A DNA stretch of 63,971 bases, counting the filler, from an uncultured Methanoregulaceae archaeon (lineage in GTDB: Archaea > Halobacteriota > Methanomicrobia > Methanomicrobiales > Methanospirillaceae): the NCBI GenBank assembly GCA_964530035.1. It is 12 parts of 12 records of this genome, joined end to end, with 100 filler letters (N's around TTAATTAATTAA, not from the genome) between each part and the next. Parts side by side here need not be neighbours in the genome. Positions count along the whole stretch, not along the records: positions 18,056 to 23,895 come from CAZGXZ010000161.1; positions 23,996 to 29,834 come from CAZGXZ010000162.1; positions 29,935 to 35,709 come from CAZGXZ010000163.1; 9 more parts are not named here. One strand, given 5' to 3'. The position numbers and the translations under genes are program-made. Below, piece after piece: positions 22,213-33,667 of this stretch. The notes beneath the pieces are model-generated. The model did no database searches. It was not told the origin of the DNA and was given only the letters and a program-made list of their open reading frames with translations. Numbering within the stretch: the stretch's first letter is position 1; every line of letters starts with the position of its first letter.

Positions 22213-22494
22213 TTATTGAGCATATTCCATCTCTTTCAGGGTCCGGTCGGCAAGGTCCCTCATGCGGGCGGAGATCCTGATTGATGATGCTGATTCAACG
22301 TCCTGCAGCATACCTGCAATTTCTGTCCCGAGCACGAATATTGCGTGCTTGTGTTCAAGTTTCGACCTGTGCTGCTGAGTGGGGTTGATTTTAAGGGCGT
22401 TATACTGAGAACACGAGATCTGGTTGTTTTGCTCAAGATCCTGCTTGATCTCATAGAGCATCTGGTGAAGTACAATCAACTCATCCTTGTGCAT
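22213..22494 (-). CDS. UPF0058 family protein
   Basis: MHKDELIVLHQ...HRSKLEHKHAIFVLG. Confidence 0.9.
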   Translation of the reverse strand: MHKDELIVLHQMLYEIKQDLEQNNQISCSQYNALKINPTQQHRSKLEHKHAIFVLGTEIAGMLQDVESASSIRISARMRDLADRTLKEMEYAQ

Positions 22495-22556
22495 ACACAG
22501 AACACCACGAACTACTATTGGGCCCTGATCTATAAATAAGTTGAGCGGGGCAAAAA

Positions 22557-23885
22557 TCAGCCCGTTTTTAAAAGACGGATGCTAATTGGGCGTTTTATGA
22601 TGCCCTTGAACTCGCGAGCGGCTATGAAATCAACTCCTTTGACGACGGCCAGGTCCAGGAGCCGCTGGTTTACTTCCCCGTCCGTTATCAGCCCATGGAC
22701 GGGTCCGCCCGTTGTTTCAAGTATTTTTTCCGTCTCTTCAACAGAAAATTCCCCTATCGTCCCCAAATTGGGGTTGACAAGACGGGCTGACTTCTTCCCC
22801 CTGACTGCAAGGATGTGCTCTTTCAGGGTTGGATATGGGGGAGGGGTCTCAACAACGACGGGCGCTGCAGGAGGCGGTGAAACCTGAGGGGTATGATCTT
22901 TTTTCACCTTCGGAACAGCATGCTTCTTGACCCGTTCCATATCAGGCAGTTGGATTTCTCCCGTTTCCCTCGAAGGTGCTGGCGGTCCCGCGGGTGCCGG
23001 TGCTTCCTCTGAAGGTCCGGCCTGGCCGGAATCAGCTCCCTGGTCAGTGTCCCTGTCAAGGGCATAGTCCTCCCTGACATATTCTGCCGGGATCTTGTTC
23101 CGGAGAGCCTTGATAATCTCTTTTCTTGAAAGATCCTCGACGCTTTTTTCCTTCGGACTGTATGCAACAAAGTCAACGTCCGCGACCTGGAGGAGTTCAC
23201 GCAGGATCAGCTCGCCTCCGCGGTCTCCGTCAAAGAATGCTGTAACAGTCTTTTTTTCTGATAATTCAACAATCGCCTTCGGTATATGCGTTCCTTCAAC
23301 GGCAATTGCATTCTTGATCCCATACCTGAGAAGGTTGATAACGTCTGCCCTTCCCTCAACGATGATAATCGCGTCCGAATCAGTTACATTCGGACCAGCG
23401 GGCAGCTTTTCGTCACCTATGGCAGAGATTTTCTCTACCCTCAGGCTCTCCCTGACCTGTTCGAGCAGGGAGTCTGAATCGACCGTCCCTTCCTCTAAAT
23501 GGTCTACAAGGAGTTCTTTTGCACGATCAAGAATCCTCTTTCTCTTTGTTATCCTGATGTCCTCGATTGACTCAACCAGGACGTGGGAGGCGCATGGCCC
23601 GATGCGGTCGATCGTCTCGAGTGAAGCAGCAAGGATTGCTGTCTCCGCCCGGTCAAGCGACGATGCTATCAGGACTTCTCCCCGTGTCTCTCCTTTTTTA
23701 CTCGTGGTCTGGACGTCGATCCGTCCGACCCGCCCCATACGCTGGAGGTCACGGAGGTCAAGCTCTTCTCCGAGCAGCCCTTCCGTCTGCCCGAATATCG
23801 CCCCGACTACGTCAGGTTTGTCAACCACCCCCTCTGCGGTAAGGCTGATATGAATGATATACTTGGTAGTGTCCGATGAATGCAA
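22557..23885 (-). CDS. dnaG: Archaeal DnaG (Toprim, exosome-associated)
   Basis: DVVGAIFGQTEGLLG, VEGRADV and DGDRGG motifs. Confidence 0.96.
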   Translation of the reverse strand: MHSSDTTKYIIHISLTAEGVVDKPDVVGAIFGQTEGLLGEELDLRDLQRMGRVGRIDVQTTSKKGETRGEVLIASSLDRAETAILAASLETIDRIGPCASHVLVESIEDIRITKRKRILDRAKELLVDHLEEGTVDSDSLLEQVRESLRVEKISAIGDEKLPAGPNVTDSDAIIIVEGRADVINLLRYGIKNAIAVEGTHIPKAIVELSEKKTVTAFFDGDRGGELILRELLQVADVDFVAYSPKEKSVEDLSRKEIIKALRNKIPAEYVREDYALDRDTDQGADSGQAGPSEEAPAPAGPPAPSRETGEIQLPDMERVKKHAVPKVKKDHTPQVSPPPAAPVVVETPPPYPTLKEHILAVRGKKSARLVNPNLGTIGEFSVEETEKILETTGGPVHGLITDGEVNQRLLDLAVVKGVDFIAAREFKGIIKRPISIRLLKTG

Positions 23886-23995
23886 TGAAAATCCCNNNNN
23901 NNNNNNNNNNNNNNNNNNNNNNNNNNNNNNNNNNNNNNNTTAATTAATTAANNNNNNNNNNNNNNNNNNNNNNNNNNNNNNNNNNNNNNNNNNNN

Positions 23996-26136
23996 GGGTC
24001 TCTTTTCAACAGTTCGTCCTTCGTGACCCCGAGCATCCGGCAGGCGACCACGTTCGCGTCAATAGACCGCCCGGGCATCCCGTCCTCCCGCAGGGTCTTC
24101 AGGTGGATGGCATCGTTCGCACTGTTGAAGATCTCCCTGAACTTAACCTCGTTCTCCCGCAGCGCCTCCTCGGTCCGCCTCCGCTCTGTTATGTCGTGGA
24201 TAATCCCGATGACTCCGATGATCTCCCCCTGGCCGTTGTAATGGGGGCTGTAGATGCCGTAGACATACCCCGACTTCCCCGTATCGGGTACCCGGAACGG
24301 AGTGTCTCCTGAACGAACATTCTCGCCCGCGAGCGCCCGCCGCAGGAGGACGTCTATCCCCTGTTCCTCCAGGTGGGGAAACAGGGAGAAGGCGTTCGAC
24401 CCGAGTGCCCTCGAGGCAGGGACCCCGGTGATCGTCTCCATGAAGGGGTTCCATACCTTGTAGGTGAAGTCCCGGTCATAGACCACGATGCCTTCCTTGG
24501 CGGTATCGATGATCTCCTGGATGAACCGGAGGTTTTCCTTGAGACTGGTCTCTGCCTCTTTCCGGTCCCTGATGTCCCGTATTGATTCGATGGCCCCGGT
24601 GAGGTCTCCCTGGTCGTCATAGAGCGGGGTCGCCTTTCCCCAGAGGTAGGATTCTTTGCCATGTGGCCGGGCTATCTGGGTTTCCGCGATGAGCAGGTCT
24701 CCCCGTTTCTGGATGACATGGTAGTAGTTCTTCTCGACCTCCTCCTCGGGTTCGAACACGAGGTCGACGAGCATCGGGCGGCGGTTGCCGTAGAACGGGA
24801 TGGCGTACTCCCGGTCTCCCTTCCCGAGCATCTCTTCAGCCGGGACCCCGGTCAGCTCCTCCATCGCCCGGTTCCAGGCGATGACCCTCCGCTGGCTGTC
24901 GACCACGAGGGTGGCGTCCGGGAGGAAGTCGATGATATCTGCCTGTTTCCGCTCCGAGCGCCTCAGTGCTTCCTCTGCCTGTTTCTGCTCGGTGATATCC
25001 CGGACGCTGATGATCGCGATGCTCCGGGCCTTCTGGGGGTAGATGTTGCCGTTGATCTCGGCCGAAAAGAGGGTCCCGTCCTTCCTCCGGTGGTACCGGT
25101 CCGGTACGGAGACATGGCCGATCTTTCCGTCCAGGACTCCTTCAACGGTGTCGGCAACCAGGTCGGAGAGGGACAGGGAACGGAACTCGTCGCGGGAATA
25201 CCCGTACAGGTTCGTCGCCTCCCGGTTGGCATCGAGGACCCTCCCGGACGGACTGTCGACGACGACGAGGGCGTCGGCCGAGGACTCGAAGATGTTATGG
25301 TACCGGCGTTCGCTCGCCCGGAGAGACTGTTCGAGCGTCTTATGGCCCGTGATGTCCCTGATGGACTCGATCGCCCCGGCCAGGTTTCCCCGCGAGTCAT
25401 AGACCGGTGACGCGGTGAACCAGAGGTGGGCTCCCTTCCCTCCGTACAGGTTCGGGACGAACTTCTCGGAAACGATTTTCCTGCCTTCCCTCGTGATGAC
25501 GTCGTAGTACCGGTTCACGGGGAGGGTGATGTCAAGGACGAGGTCGAGGAGGAGCGGTCTCCGTTCGTTGTAAAACGGCAGGGCATACTCGTAGGAGCCC
25601 TTTCCAAGCATATCAGCGGCAGGGATGCCGGTCATCTGTTCCATGGCATGGTTCCAGGCGATCACGGTCCCTTCGAGGTCAATCGCGAGGGTAGCGTCGG
25701 GGAGGAAGTCGATGATGTCGAGGATCCGCTGGTCCGAGTCCCGCTTGGCCTCAAGCGTCCGGCGTTCCCGGACAGACTTTTCGACCTTGTCCGCGAGCTC
25801 GACGAACTGGGCCGTCGGGTCGCCGCCCTTCTGGATGTAGTAATCCGCACCGTTTTCCAGGGCCTGGATGACAACCTCCTCGCGGCCCCGGCCGGTGAAG
25901 AGGATGAAGGGGATGTTACCGTATGTTTCCCGCACCGACTTCAGGAATTCGATGCCGTCGGCCTCCGGCATCTGGTAATCAGAAATGATTGCGTCGAACG
26001 GGGTGGTCTCCAGGACCCTGCGGGCGGCAGCCACCGAAACGCAGGTGTCAAGGTGGAGCCTGCCGGTCCGCTCGAGGAAGAGCTTCGCTATTTCAAGTAA
26101 GGAGGGCTCATCGTCCACGTACAGAACGGAAATCAA
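23996..26136 (-). CDS. Receiver + multi-PAS signalling protein (3' truncated; probably a hybrid histidine kinase)
   Basis: VLYVDDE/SDYQMP/FTG receiver; repeated IIDFLPDAT..WN.AME PAS domains. Confidence 0.92.
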
Positions 26137-26294
26137 AACGGTTCACTTGGTAATTAAGAATGATTTATAAGGCTATTTAAGGGTGTTCCATTGTATCAGG
26201 ACCTTATACAGGGCTCTTTTCCTGATTGTGCCGTGCTCCGGTCTGATAACCAGCATCAGGCCTTCCAGTCCGGGCCGGGCATCGGTAAAATGGC

Positions 26295-26645
26295 TTTGTC
26301 CTGAGATACATGTCAGGTAACCTGCATGATTGAAGAAACGGGATCCGGCATTTTTCAAACCTTATTGCATGGTTCCTGACCTTGCTGAATACCAGTAATA
26401 TCATCGTTTACGATATCCCCTAACCATCAACCCTTCAGTGGAGGCTTCGCCCCCACAACTCCTAAAAGATACCCAGATGGCCCTGGAAGGCGCCCCGGCG
26501 GCGGCTTCAGGGCTTTTCATGAGGATAAAGGCCGTTAAAATGATAAAACAATGAAAATTCAAAAAGCAACAACGGGTATTGGGAATACGCCTACGGCGTG
26601 CCATGGCTATCGTATGCAGGGGGTTTGGGGGGCGGCAGCTCCCTG
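26295..26645 (+). repeat. Modular intergenic repeat, copy 2 (blocks A, B, C)
   Basis: CAGGTAACCTGCATGATTGAA (26314), CCCTTCAGTG (26431), ATGGCTATCGTATGCAGGGGGTTTGGGGGGC (~26603), all shared with copy 3. Confidence 0.9.
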
Positions 26646-26987
26646 GTATGGGTCCGTTTCCACCGGGCACCCAGTTCGGGTATGGTCGACCGTGCACGGC
26701 TCCAGTCCCTTCCGTTCCGGTTCCGTCGGTCCTCACTCAGGTCCGTTCCGCCCGCACTGTCTCTCTAATCGTTCTTCCTGGACTGGTGGCAGGTGGACGC
26801 CCGTAATTTCTTCGCAGGCCCCTCATCACCGCTGCACCATCCCGCTCCTCGCGGACCGTTCCACGGACCGCTCGTGGCTGGTGCATGAGAGACTGTGGTA
26901 TTACCCGGAACACCCCACCCGGATCCGGTTCTCTCCATCCGCAGCGGCTACTCCTCTCCCCCCCCACAACCGGCATCCCGTCCACCA

Positions 26988-29522
26988 TCAGTCCTTCGGG
27001 GTCCCTCCGGCGTAGCGGTAATAATAAACCTTCACCAGTTCAGCGGTCACGAAGAACGCTGCCACCAGCCCGAAAATGATCGCGAGGGCTCCGGGTGAAG
27101 GCGGAACAAAGGAAAAGAAAGCCTGCCCTGATAACGTGTAGGGGAGGATGATGGTTGCGACCGCGGCGAGCATGGTCAGGGCCAGGACATGGATTGACGG
27201 GCGGCTCGCCTTGTAGAAGGGAAGCCTGGTCCTGATGGAGAAGAGGAAGACAAGTTCTGTCAGGATGCTCCCGATGAACCAGCAGGTCTGCAGTACCCCG
27301 GCCCCGTCCCTGACAAAGACTGCGAAGAACGCGAAGTCGTCGACGGTGCTGATCACGCCGAGGAGGGTTGCAACCAGCACGATCTCCTTGAGATCGTACC
27401 TTCCCGGAAGACGGAGCTCCGCCTCGTCCACGGTGTCGGTGGCGATGGAGATCATGGGGAAATCGGAGAGAAGGTTTACGAGCAGGATCTGGAGCGGGAG
27501 CATCGGGAGGAACGGGATGAAGAGCGAGACAATGGCGATAGCATAAAAGTTGCCGAAGTTGGATGCAAGCGTCGCCTTCAGGTACTTGACGCTGTTGGCC
27601 AACACCTCCCTCCCGCTCTGTATTCCCTCGATGATCACCTCCAGGTCCTTCTGCAGGAGGATGATGTCCGCAGCCTCGCGGGCGATATCGGCTGCGCTGT
27701 CAACGACAAGGGAGACCCCGGCCAGTTTGAGCGCCGGCGCATCGTTGATGCCCTCGCCGAGAAACCCGACAGAGCAGGTCCGCTGCAGGGTCCTGATAAT
27801 CTCGAACTTCTGCTCGGGCAGGATTCGGGCAAACACCGCGTGTTCCTGTATCACCCTCTCCCGCGTGTCAGGGGGCATCCCTGAGAGGGCGGACCCGGTG
27901 ATGACCGCCCCCGGGTCGTCGATGAGACCGATGCGGACCCCGACCGCCCCGGCAACATCAGGGCTGTCCCCCGTGATGATCTTGAGGGCCACGCCGAGTT
28001 CGCGGGCCCTCTTAACCGCGTGGAACGTTGAGGGTTTGATCGGGTCGGTGAACGCCATGGCGCCGAGAAACTCGAGGTCCCGGATATCGCCTGGGGAAAT
28101 CCCCGATGTCCCCGGTGGAAGAACCCTCTTTGCGAACGCGATGGTACGCTCCCCGGCCTGTCCCTTCCGGGAAAGCCAGTCTCCAACTGCCACGCGCCCG
28201 GCTTCCGGGAATGACGGGCAGAGTGGGAGCACCTCTTCAGGTGCCCCGCGGACGACCAGCACCGGGCCCGCGGGCAGGTTGGCCAGCACGGCGTTCCAGC
28301 GCTTCTTTGGGTCGAAGGGGATCTCGTCAAGCCGCTCCGACACCGGTGTTTCCCCGGGAGAGAGCCGTGCAACTGCATCGAGAATGGCGATATCGAACGG
28401 CTCTGTCTTCTCTCCGGTGGCCGCGACCGAGAGCGATGCGAAGGAGAGGAGGGACGGGTCTGCCTCCGGCGAGACCCCGGTGACAGACAGGGTGTTCTCG
28501 GTGAGCGTCCCGGTCTTATCGGAACAGAGGACGCCGATACCCCCTATGTCCTCAATGGCCGAGAGCCGCTTGACAACCACGCCGTGCTCTGCCATCCGGA
28601 GCGCCCCTCGGGAGAGCGAGACCGTGGTCACGACCGGGAGCGCCTCGGGAATGACGCTGACCACGAGGGCGATGGAGAAGACCACGAGCGCAAACAGGTC
28701 CACGGCTTCTCCTTTCAGGAGAAGGTTTGCCACGAACACGAAGACCAGCGTTACGAGGATCATCCGGAGGATGAACTGGCTGAACCTCCCAATCCCCTTT
28801 GAGAACTCGCTCTCCTTCGTGGTCTCGACGGTCAGCTTCGCGATCGTGCCCATCTCGGTCCGTGCACCGGTCGCAAGAACCACCGCGACCGCCTTGCCGC
28901 CGACCACCGTGGTCCCGGAGAAGCAGAGGTTGTGGCTCCCGTACACATCGGGTGGCAGGGTGTCCAGGGTTTCGGGGCGCTTTGGTACGGCGACAGATTC
29001 GCCGGTCAGCACGGTCTCGTTTACGACAAGGTTCTGCGAGGTCAAAACCCGCACGTCGGCCGGGACGATGTCTCCCGTCTCAAGCATGATGATATCCCCC
29101 GGCACGATATCCCTCGAAGCGAGCACCTCCCAGCGCGAGTCCCGCAGCACGCGACTCCTCGGCGTGATGAACTGCTGCAGGGCACGGAGGGCCTGCTCCG
29201 ACCGGTATTCCTGGTAGAACCCGAGGAACGCGTTGATCAGGACGAACCCGAAGATGATTGCCCCGTCCACGTACTCGCCGATGAGAATGACAATGGCCGC
29301 GGCAACCAGCAGGAGGTAAATGAACGCCGACCTGAACTGCCGGAGTGCGATCTCCCACCACCGGACCCGGTCTGCAGTTATCTCGTTGTATCCTTCTTTT
29401 TCGAGCCGCCGCGACGCTTCGTCCCCCGTAAGCCCCCTGCCAGGGGAGCTCCTGAAATATGCCAGGACATCCTCCGGTGGGCGCGTGGCAAAGTATTTCG
29501 TATCCGGGCCGGTTGAAGTCAT
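26988..29522 (-). CDS. Cation-transporting P-type ATPase (MgtA-like)
   Basis: LTGES, IPEALP, DKTGTLT, ITGD, KYLK..ASNFGN, PFLPMLP.Q.L..NLL.D motifs. Confidence 0.92.
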   Translation of the reverse strand: MTSTGPDTKYFATRPPEDVLAYFRSSPGRGLTGDEASRRLEKEGYNEITADRVRWWEIALRQFRSAFIYLLLVAAAIVILIGEYVDGAIIFGFVLINAFLGFYQEYRSEQALRALQQFITPRSRVLRDSRWEVLASRDIVPGDIIMLETGDIVPADVRVLTSQNLVVNETVLTGESVAVPKRPETLDTLPPDVYGSHNLCFSGTTVVGGKAVAVVLATGARTEMGTIAKLTVETTKESEFSKGIGRFSQFILRMILVTLVFVFVANLLLKGEAVDLFALVVFSIALVVSVIPEALPVVTTVSLSRGALRMAEHGVVVKRLSAIEDIGGIGVLCSDKTGTLTENTLSVTGVSPEADPSLLSFASLSVAATGEKTEPFDIAILDAVARLSPGETPVSERLDEIPFDPKKRWNAVLANLPAGPVLVVRGAPEEVLPLCPSFPEAGRVAVGDWLSRKGQAGERTIAFAKRVLPPGTSGISPGDIRDLEFLGAMAFTDPIKPSTFHAVKRARELGVALKIITGDSPDVAGAVGVRIGLIDDPGAVITGSALSGMPPDTRERVIQEHAVFARILPEQKFEIIRTLQRTCSVGFLGEGINDAPALKLAGVSLVVDSAADIAREAADIILLQKDLEVIIEGIQSGREVLANSVKYLKATLASNFGNFYAIAIVSLFIPFLPMLPLQILLVNLLSDFPMISIATDTVDEAELRLPGRYDLKEIVLVATLLGVISTVDDFAFFAVFVRDGAGVLQTCWFIGSILTELVFLFSIRTRLPFYKASRPSIHVLALTMLAAVATIILPYTLSGQAFFSFVPPSPGALAIIFGLVAAFFVTAELVKVYYYRYAGGTPKD

Positions 29523-29682
29523 CAGGGGGGATCCTGCTGTATCAAGAAGGTATTCAGCGGTTTCCCCCTGTTAATCTTCGCATGCTGTCCAACCCCATCC
29601 GGGCGGGGAGCGAAGGGGGTAGCAGTCCTTAAAGCGGCGGGAGGCCGGGGAGAATGGGAAATCAACCATCAGCCAATCCAGT

Positions 29683-29834
29683 TCACATCCTCCTCGGCAG
29701 TGTCCTCTTGTGCAGGTACATGGTTCCTGCTGTGAATACGGTAGTGAACACGATCAATGCCGCAATATCTCCGTAAACAGGGAAATAATTCGTCCCGGTG
29801 AAGGAGTACCGCACGAGGTCCGTGAAATAGGTCA
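29683..29834 (-). CDS. ABC-2 type permease, C-terminal fragment
   Basis: TYFTDLVRYSF...ALIVFTTVFTAGTMYLHKRTLPRRM*. Confidence 0.6.
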
Positions 29835-29934
29835 NNNNNNNNNNNNNNNNNNNNNNNNNNNNNNNNNNNNNNNNNNNNTTAATTAATTAANNNNNNNNNN
29901 NNNNNNNNNNNNNNNNNNNNNNNNNNNNNNNNNN

Positions 29935-30629
29935 TTGCCGTAGCGGTTGTCATCACATCTGTCTTTGTCTATTTCTCGTACAGGACAAGGACAGCAAATA
30001 TTTCAGGACTCTTCTCAGCAGCCCTCATCGGGATCCTCCTCATCGTCTTTGCCGACGTCATGTGGTTCCTGATCATGCTCCTCTTTTTCATTCTTGGCTC
30101 TGCCGCGACCATGTACCGGTATGCAGAAAAGCTGAAACTCGGGGTCGAACAGTCCCACGGGGGAGCGAGAGGTTACATCAACGTATTCTCAAACGGCCTC
30201 GTCGGCGCGATCTCGGCGGTCCTGTTTGGCCTGACCGGAAACCCCCTTGCTGCGTCAATTTTCGTCGGGTCGGTAGCTACCGCAACTGCTGATACGGTAG
30301 CAGGCGAGATCGGAGTGACCGGGGGCTGGCCCTACCTGATAACGACCTTGAAACGGGTTCCTCCCGGGACAAACGGAGCGGTCAGTCTCCTCGGTGAGGG
30401 TGCCGGTGTACTGGGCTCTGCCGCGATCTGCTTTTCCTCATGGGCATTCGGTATCATATCCCCAGAATCTGCGGTCATCTGCACGGTTGCAGGGTTTATT
30501 GGCTCCAACCTTGACAGCCTGTTCGGCGAGGTTATTGAAAACCGCGGCATCATCGGAAATGCAGGGACGAATTTCCTCTCAACACTCGGTGGCGGGGCGA
30601 TTGCCGTTGCGATGAGTGCCCTTGTGTAA
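29935..30629 (+). CDS. DUF92/TMEM19 family membrane protein (5' truncated)
   Basis: RGYINVFSNG, ADTVAGEIG, PPGTNGAVS.LG and DSLFG motifs. Confidence 0.9.
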
Positions 30630-30639
30630 AAAACGGAAT

Positions 30640-31485
30640 TTAATACTTGAACCAGCGTCCCTTTTCATCATAGACCCCGTCCTGGACAACTGCCTCCTGT
30701 GGGGTTATGCCTGACAGTTCCCGGTAAAAAGCGACCTTCCAGGCGAGGAGGATTGGGATGAGCACAAGGAGGAGGACGCAGCCAACCGCAGCTGTCACGA
30801 GGATGCCGTCCTGGCCCAGGATTCCCTGGAAGTCGGCGAGAGTCAGCATCTGCGCTGGGTCCGTTACGTTGATGGCTGCGATGGGTTCGAGGCGGTCCAT
30901 GAGAAGCGAGGTCCACATGATGAGTCCCAGGAATGACACGATAAAGACGAGAAGGAGCGACTCCACATAATATGCAAAGGTCTTCCAGCCATGGAGAACC
31001 ACGACCTGGGCGCTCCTCCGGATGGATGCAAAAACCTTCTGGCCCTCGCACAGGGCAGCAGTATCACAGAAAAACGAGAAGAATGCAAACGGGACACAGA
31101 CACCCAGGAAGACCCCTGATATCATGACCGGGTCAGCGGGTATCCCGATGAGGGTCACAGGCACGAGTACCAGGCCAACGGTCACGAGGGCTGCAAACGC
31201 CAGGATGACAACCGGGAGGAGGATCCGGAAGTACCCTTTTACGGCTCCCGATATGAATCCCTGCAGGGTGAAGTCAGCGTTGCAGACCTGGCTGTAGAAA
31301 CCGGCACATAAAAACGGTATGATAACAGCAAAAAGGATGGTCGCCCTTGACCCGATGAAAAAGCCTGCCTCCAGTACCAGCAGGAGATAGGCGCCTCCCA
31401 GTGCCCCTGAAAGCAACCCTGTCACCCAGAGAGCAGGGTGACCCGCCAGGAGACCAAGCCCTTCCCGGAGGGCCGTAAGGGACAT
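30640..31485 (-). CDS. Multi-pass membrane protein of unknown function
   Basis: About 6 hydrophobic segments; C-terminal GVYDEKGRWFKY. Confidence 0.8.
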   Translation of the reverse strand: MSLTALREGLGLLAGHPALWVTGLLSGALGGAYLLLVLEAGFFIGSRATILFAVIIPFLCAGFYSQVCNADFTLQGFISGAVKGYFRILLPVVILAFAALVTVGLVLVPVTLIGIPADPVMISGVFLGVCVPFAFFSFFCDTAALCEGQKVFASIRRSAQVVVLHGWKTFAYYVESLLLVFIVSFLGLIMWTSLLMDRLEPIAAINVTDPAQMLTLADFQGILGQDGILVTAAVGCVLLLVLIPILLAWKVAFYRELSGITPQEAVVQDGVYDEKGRWFKY

Positions 31486-32075
31486 TAACGGTTCCTCGGC
31501 ATGGCTGCAATCTCCCGGACCTGGAGGTCAAAAAACGAGGCGGTATGGGCCGGGAGGATGACACAGACCGTATCTGCCCCGCTTGCCGTCCCTCCCACGG
31601 CGATTACCTCATCGCCGAGAGGAATGGCACCCTGATCAGCGGCGATGAGCACGCATTCCACGGCGACCTTCAAACCCACCGCCACGACCCGGCGGAGCGC
31701 TTCGGCGATGGCCTCGGTACGGGACCCTCCACCAACCTTCGGTGAGCGGGAGATTGCGCGTTCAAGCCCGGAGAGCGCATGCGTACCGGTCACGATCCTG
31801 ACCCCCTTTTGTTTCAGGCGTTCTGCACATGAAACGTCAAACTCCCAGACACCAGGTTTCGAAAAGCCGACGACATGGGTCACGACAATAAGAGAAACAC
31901 CTGTTCCATCAAGAGTTTCTGCAAAGACCTCAGCTGTCCTTCCGGAGGTGCTGGCAACGACGATGGTCTTTATGCCGAGTTCGCGGGCACGTTCGAGTGC
32001 GATCCCTGCAGCCTCCCCGGTGTTTGTAGCCCCGGGCGTATCAAAATAATAGGTTTTTCTGACAGTGCTTCCCAT
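31485..32075 (-). CDS. Pyruvate kinase C-terminal-like protein (COG1751)
   Basis: YFDTPG..NT, VVASTSG.TA, VTH..GF and GLKVAVE motifs. Confidence 0.88.
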   Translation of the reverse strand: MGSTVRKTYYFDTPGATNTGEAAGIALERARELGIKTIVVASTSGRTAEVFAETLDGTGVSLIVVTHVVGFSKPGVWEFDVSCAERLKQKGVRIVTGTHALSGLERAISRSPKVGGGSRTEAIAEALRRVVAVGLKVAVECVLIAADQGAIPLGDEVIAVGGTASGADTVCVILPAHTASFFDLQVREIAAMPRNR

Positions 32076-32115
32076 ACAGAACGGTTATGAAGTCCTGTTA
32101 TAAAAGGAGTAAACC

Positions 32116-33285
32116 ATGATCACTCTCGCCCTTGCGGGAAAACCGAACTGTGGTAAATCCACATTTTTCAAAGCGGCAACCATGGCGCATGCCGAGATTG
32201 CCAACTACCCCTTCACCACCATAGACGCGAATTTCGGGGTGGGGTACGTGAGGGCAGTCTGCCCTTGCAGGGGCCTTGACCTCACGTGCCAGGCCTGCAC
32301 CGGCGGGATCAGGTATGTACCTGTAAACATCATCGATGTCGCAGGGCTGGTCCCCGAAGCCCACAAGGGCAAGGGGCTCGGCAACCAGTTCCTCGACCAC
32401 CTCCGCCAGGCTGATGCCATCATCCATGTCATCGATGCAAGCGGGGGAACGGACAGTGAAGGAAACAGCGTCGAGCCGGGCTCTCATGACCCCCTTGGAG
32501 ACATTAAGTTCCTTGAATACGAGATGGCCATGTGGGTCTTTGGCATCCTTGAGAAGCACTGGCAGAAGATCTCACGCTCGGCGCAGTCCAAGACCTATCC
32601 CATTGAGAAAGGAGTGGCGGAAGCCCTTGCAGGACTGGGGATCCGCGAACACGACATCACTGCAGCGGAAACCGCTACAGGAGTCCCCCTGGTCAGGTGC
32701 CAGGGCGAAACCCTCGTCACCTTCTGCCACCACCTGATTACCATCTCCAAGCCGATGCTCCACATCGGGAACAAGGTGGACGAGACCAGCGAGGTCCTCA
32801 TCAGGCGGTTATCTGAGGCTGACATCCACTTCGCCTCTGCTGCGAGTGAACTCGCCCTCAGGAACGCCGCTGCAGCACAGCTGGTCACCTATCATCCAGG
32901 GGATCCGGCATTCACCATTGCAAAGGAGGATACCCTCTCACCGGGTCAGAAGACCGGGCTCGCCCGTATCAGGGCGTTGATGGAGCGGTTCGGCGGGACA
33001 GGCGTCCAACAGGCAATCAATAACCTGGTCTTCGGTGAACTGGATATGATCGTAGTGTACCCGGTCGAAGACGAAAACCACTTCACCGATGGCAAAGGGC
33101 GTGTCCTCCCTGATGCATTTCTCATGAAAAAGGGCTCGACCCCCCATGACCTCGCGTTCCAGGTCCACACGGATATCGGGAAGGGGTTCCTGTATGCCAT
33201 CGACGCCCGGAAGAAAATGAGGATCAAGGAGTCCCACGTCCTTGTCGATGGAGATATCATCAAGATCGTTAGTACGGCAAAATAA
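32116..33285 (+). CDS. ychF: Archaeal YchF/OBG-family NTPase with TGS domain
   Basis: GKPNCGKST, NYPFTT, DVAGLV and NKVD motifs; C-terminal TGS. Confidence 0.93.
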   Translation: MITLALAGKPNCGKSTFFKAATMAHAEIANYPFTTIDANFGVGYVRAVCPCRGLDLTCQACTGGIRYVPVNIIDVAGLVPEAHKGKGLGNQFLDHLRQADAIIHVIDASGGTDSEGNSVEPGSHDPLGDIKFLEYEMAMWVFGILEKHWQKISRSAQSKTYPIEKGVAEALAGLGIREHDITAAETATGVPLVRCQGETLVTFCHHLITISKPMLHIGNKVDETSEVLIRRLSEADIHFASAASELALRNAAAAQLVTYHPGDPAFTIAKEDTLSPGQKTGLARIRALMERFGGTGVQQAINNLVFGELDMIVVYPVEDENHFTDGKGRVLPDAFLMKKGSTPHDLAFQVHTDIGKGFLYAIDARKKMRIKESHVLVDGDIIKIVSTAK

Positions 33286-33346
33286 CCAAGATCCCTCCTT
33301 TTTTTACCATATTTATATATACTGGGACGTAAAAGATCGGATCTAC

Positions 33347-33667
33347 ATGCAGGGAGAGGTGTTCCAGGCGCAGATCCTGCGTAATTTCTTTGACACCATC
33401 ACGGGTACCGACAGGAACCTGACCCGGATCTACCTCTGCGTCATAAGCCTTGCCAAGCTCAGGATGGAGGAGCCGGAAAAACTTGCATTCCTTGTCGACC
33501 AGATAAGGAAAAGCAAGGTTAATAAGGAACTCTCCATCGATATCCTCGATTACATGTGCGATGCCGCCCGCGAACTCGAAATGGGAACTGTGCAGACCGC
33601 GTTCGGGGTAAAGGAGATTGGAAAGGTCCAGGAGGACTTCTCAGGCATCAGCCTGGATACCCTCTGA
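33347..33667 (+). CDS. Hypothetical protein
   Basis: Clean ORF with GC3-rich codons after a TATA box (TTTATATA ~33312). Confidence 0.75.
   Translation: MQGEVFQAQILRNFFDTITGTDRNLTRIYLCVISLAKLRMEEPEKLAFLVDQIRKSKVNKELSIDILDYMCDAARELEMGTVQTAFGVKEIGKVQEDFSGISLDTL

Noticed and set aside
24500..25730. Duplicated DNA segments in the PAS protein
   Set aside because: Ordinary PAS domain repeats.
26551..27015. ORFs sharing TACHGYR.QGVWGAAAP with 46896..47150
   Set aside because: Similarity appears in several frames and on both strands and stops at the repeat edge, so it reflects the nucleotide repeat, not a protein family.
27550..29217. 555-aa antisense ORF and many similar shadow ORFs
   Set aside because: Antisense shadows of GC3-rich genes with no motifs.
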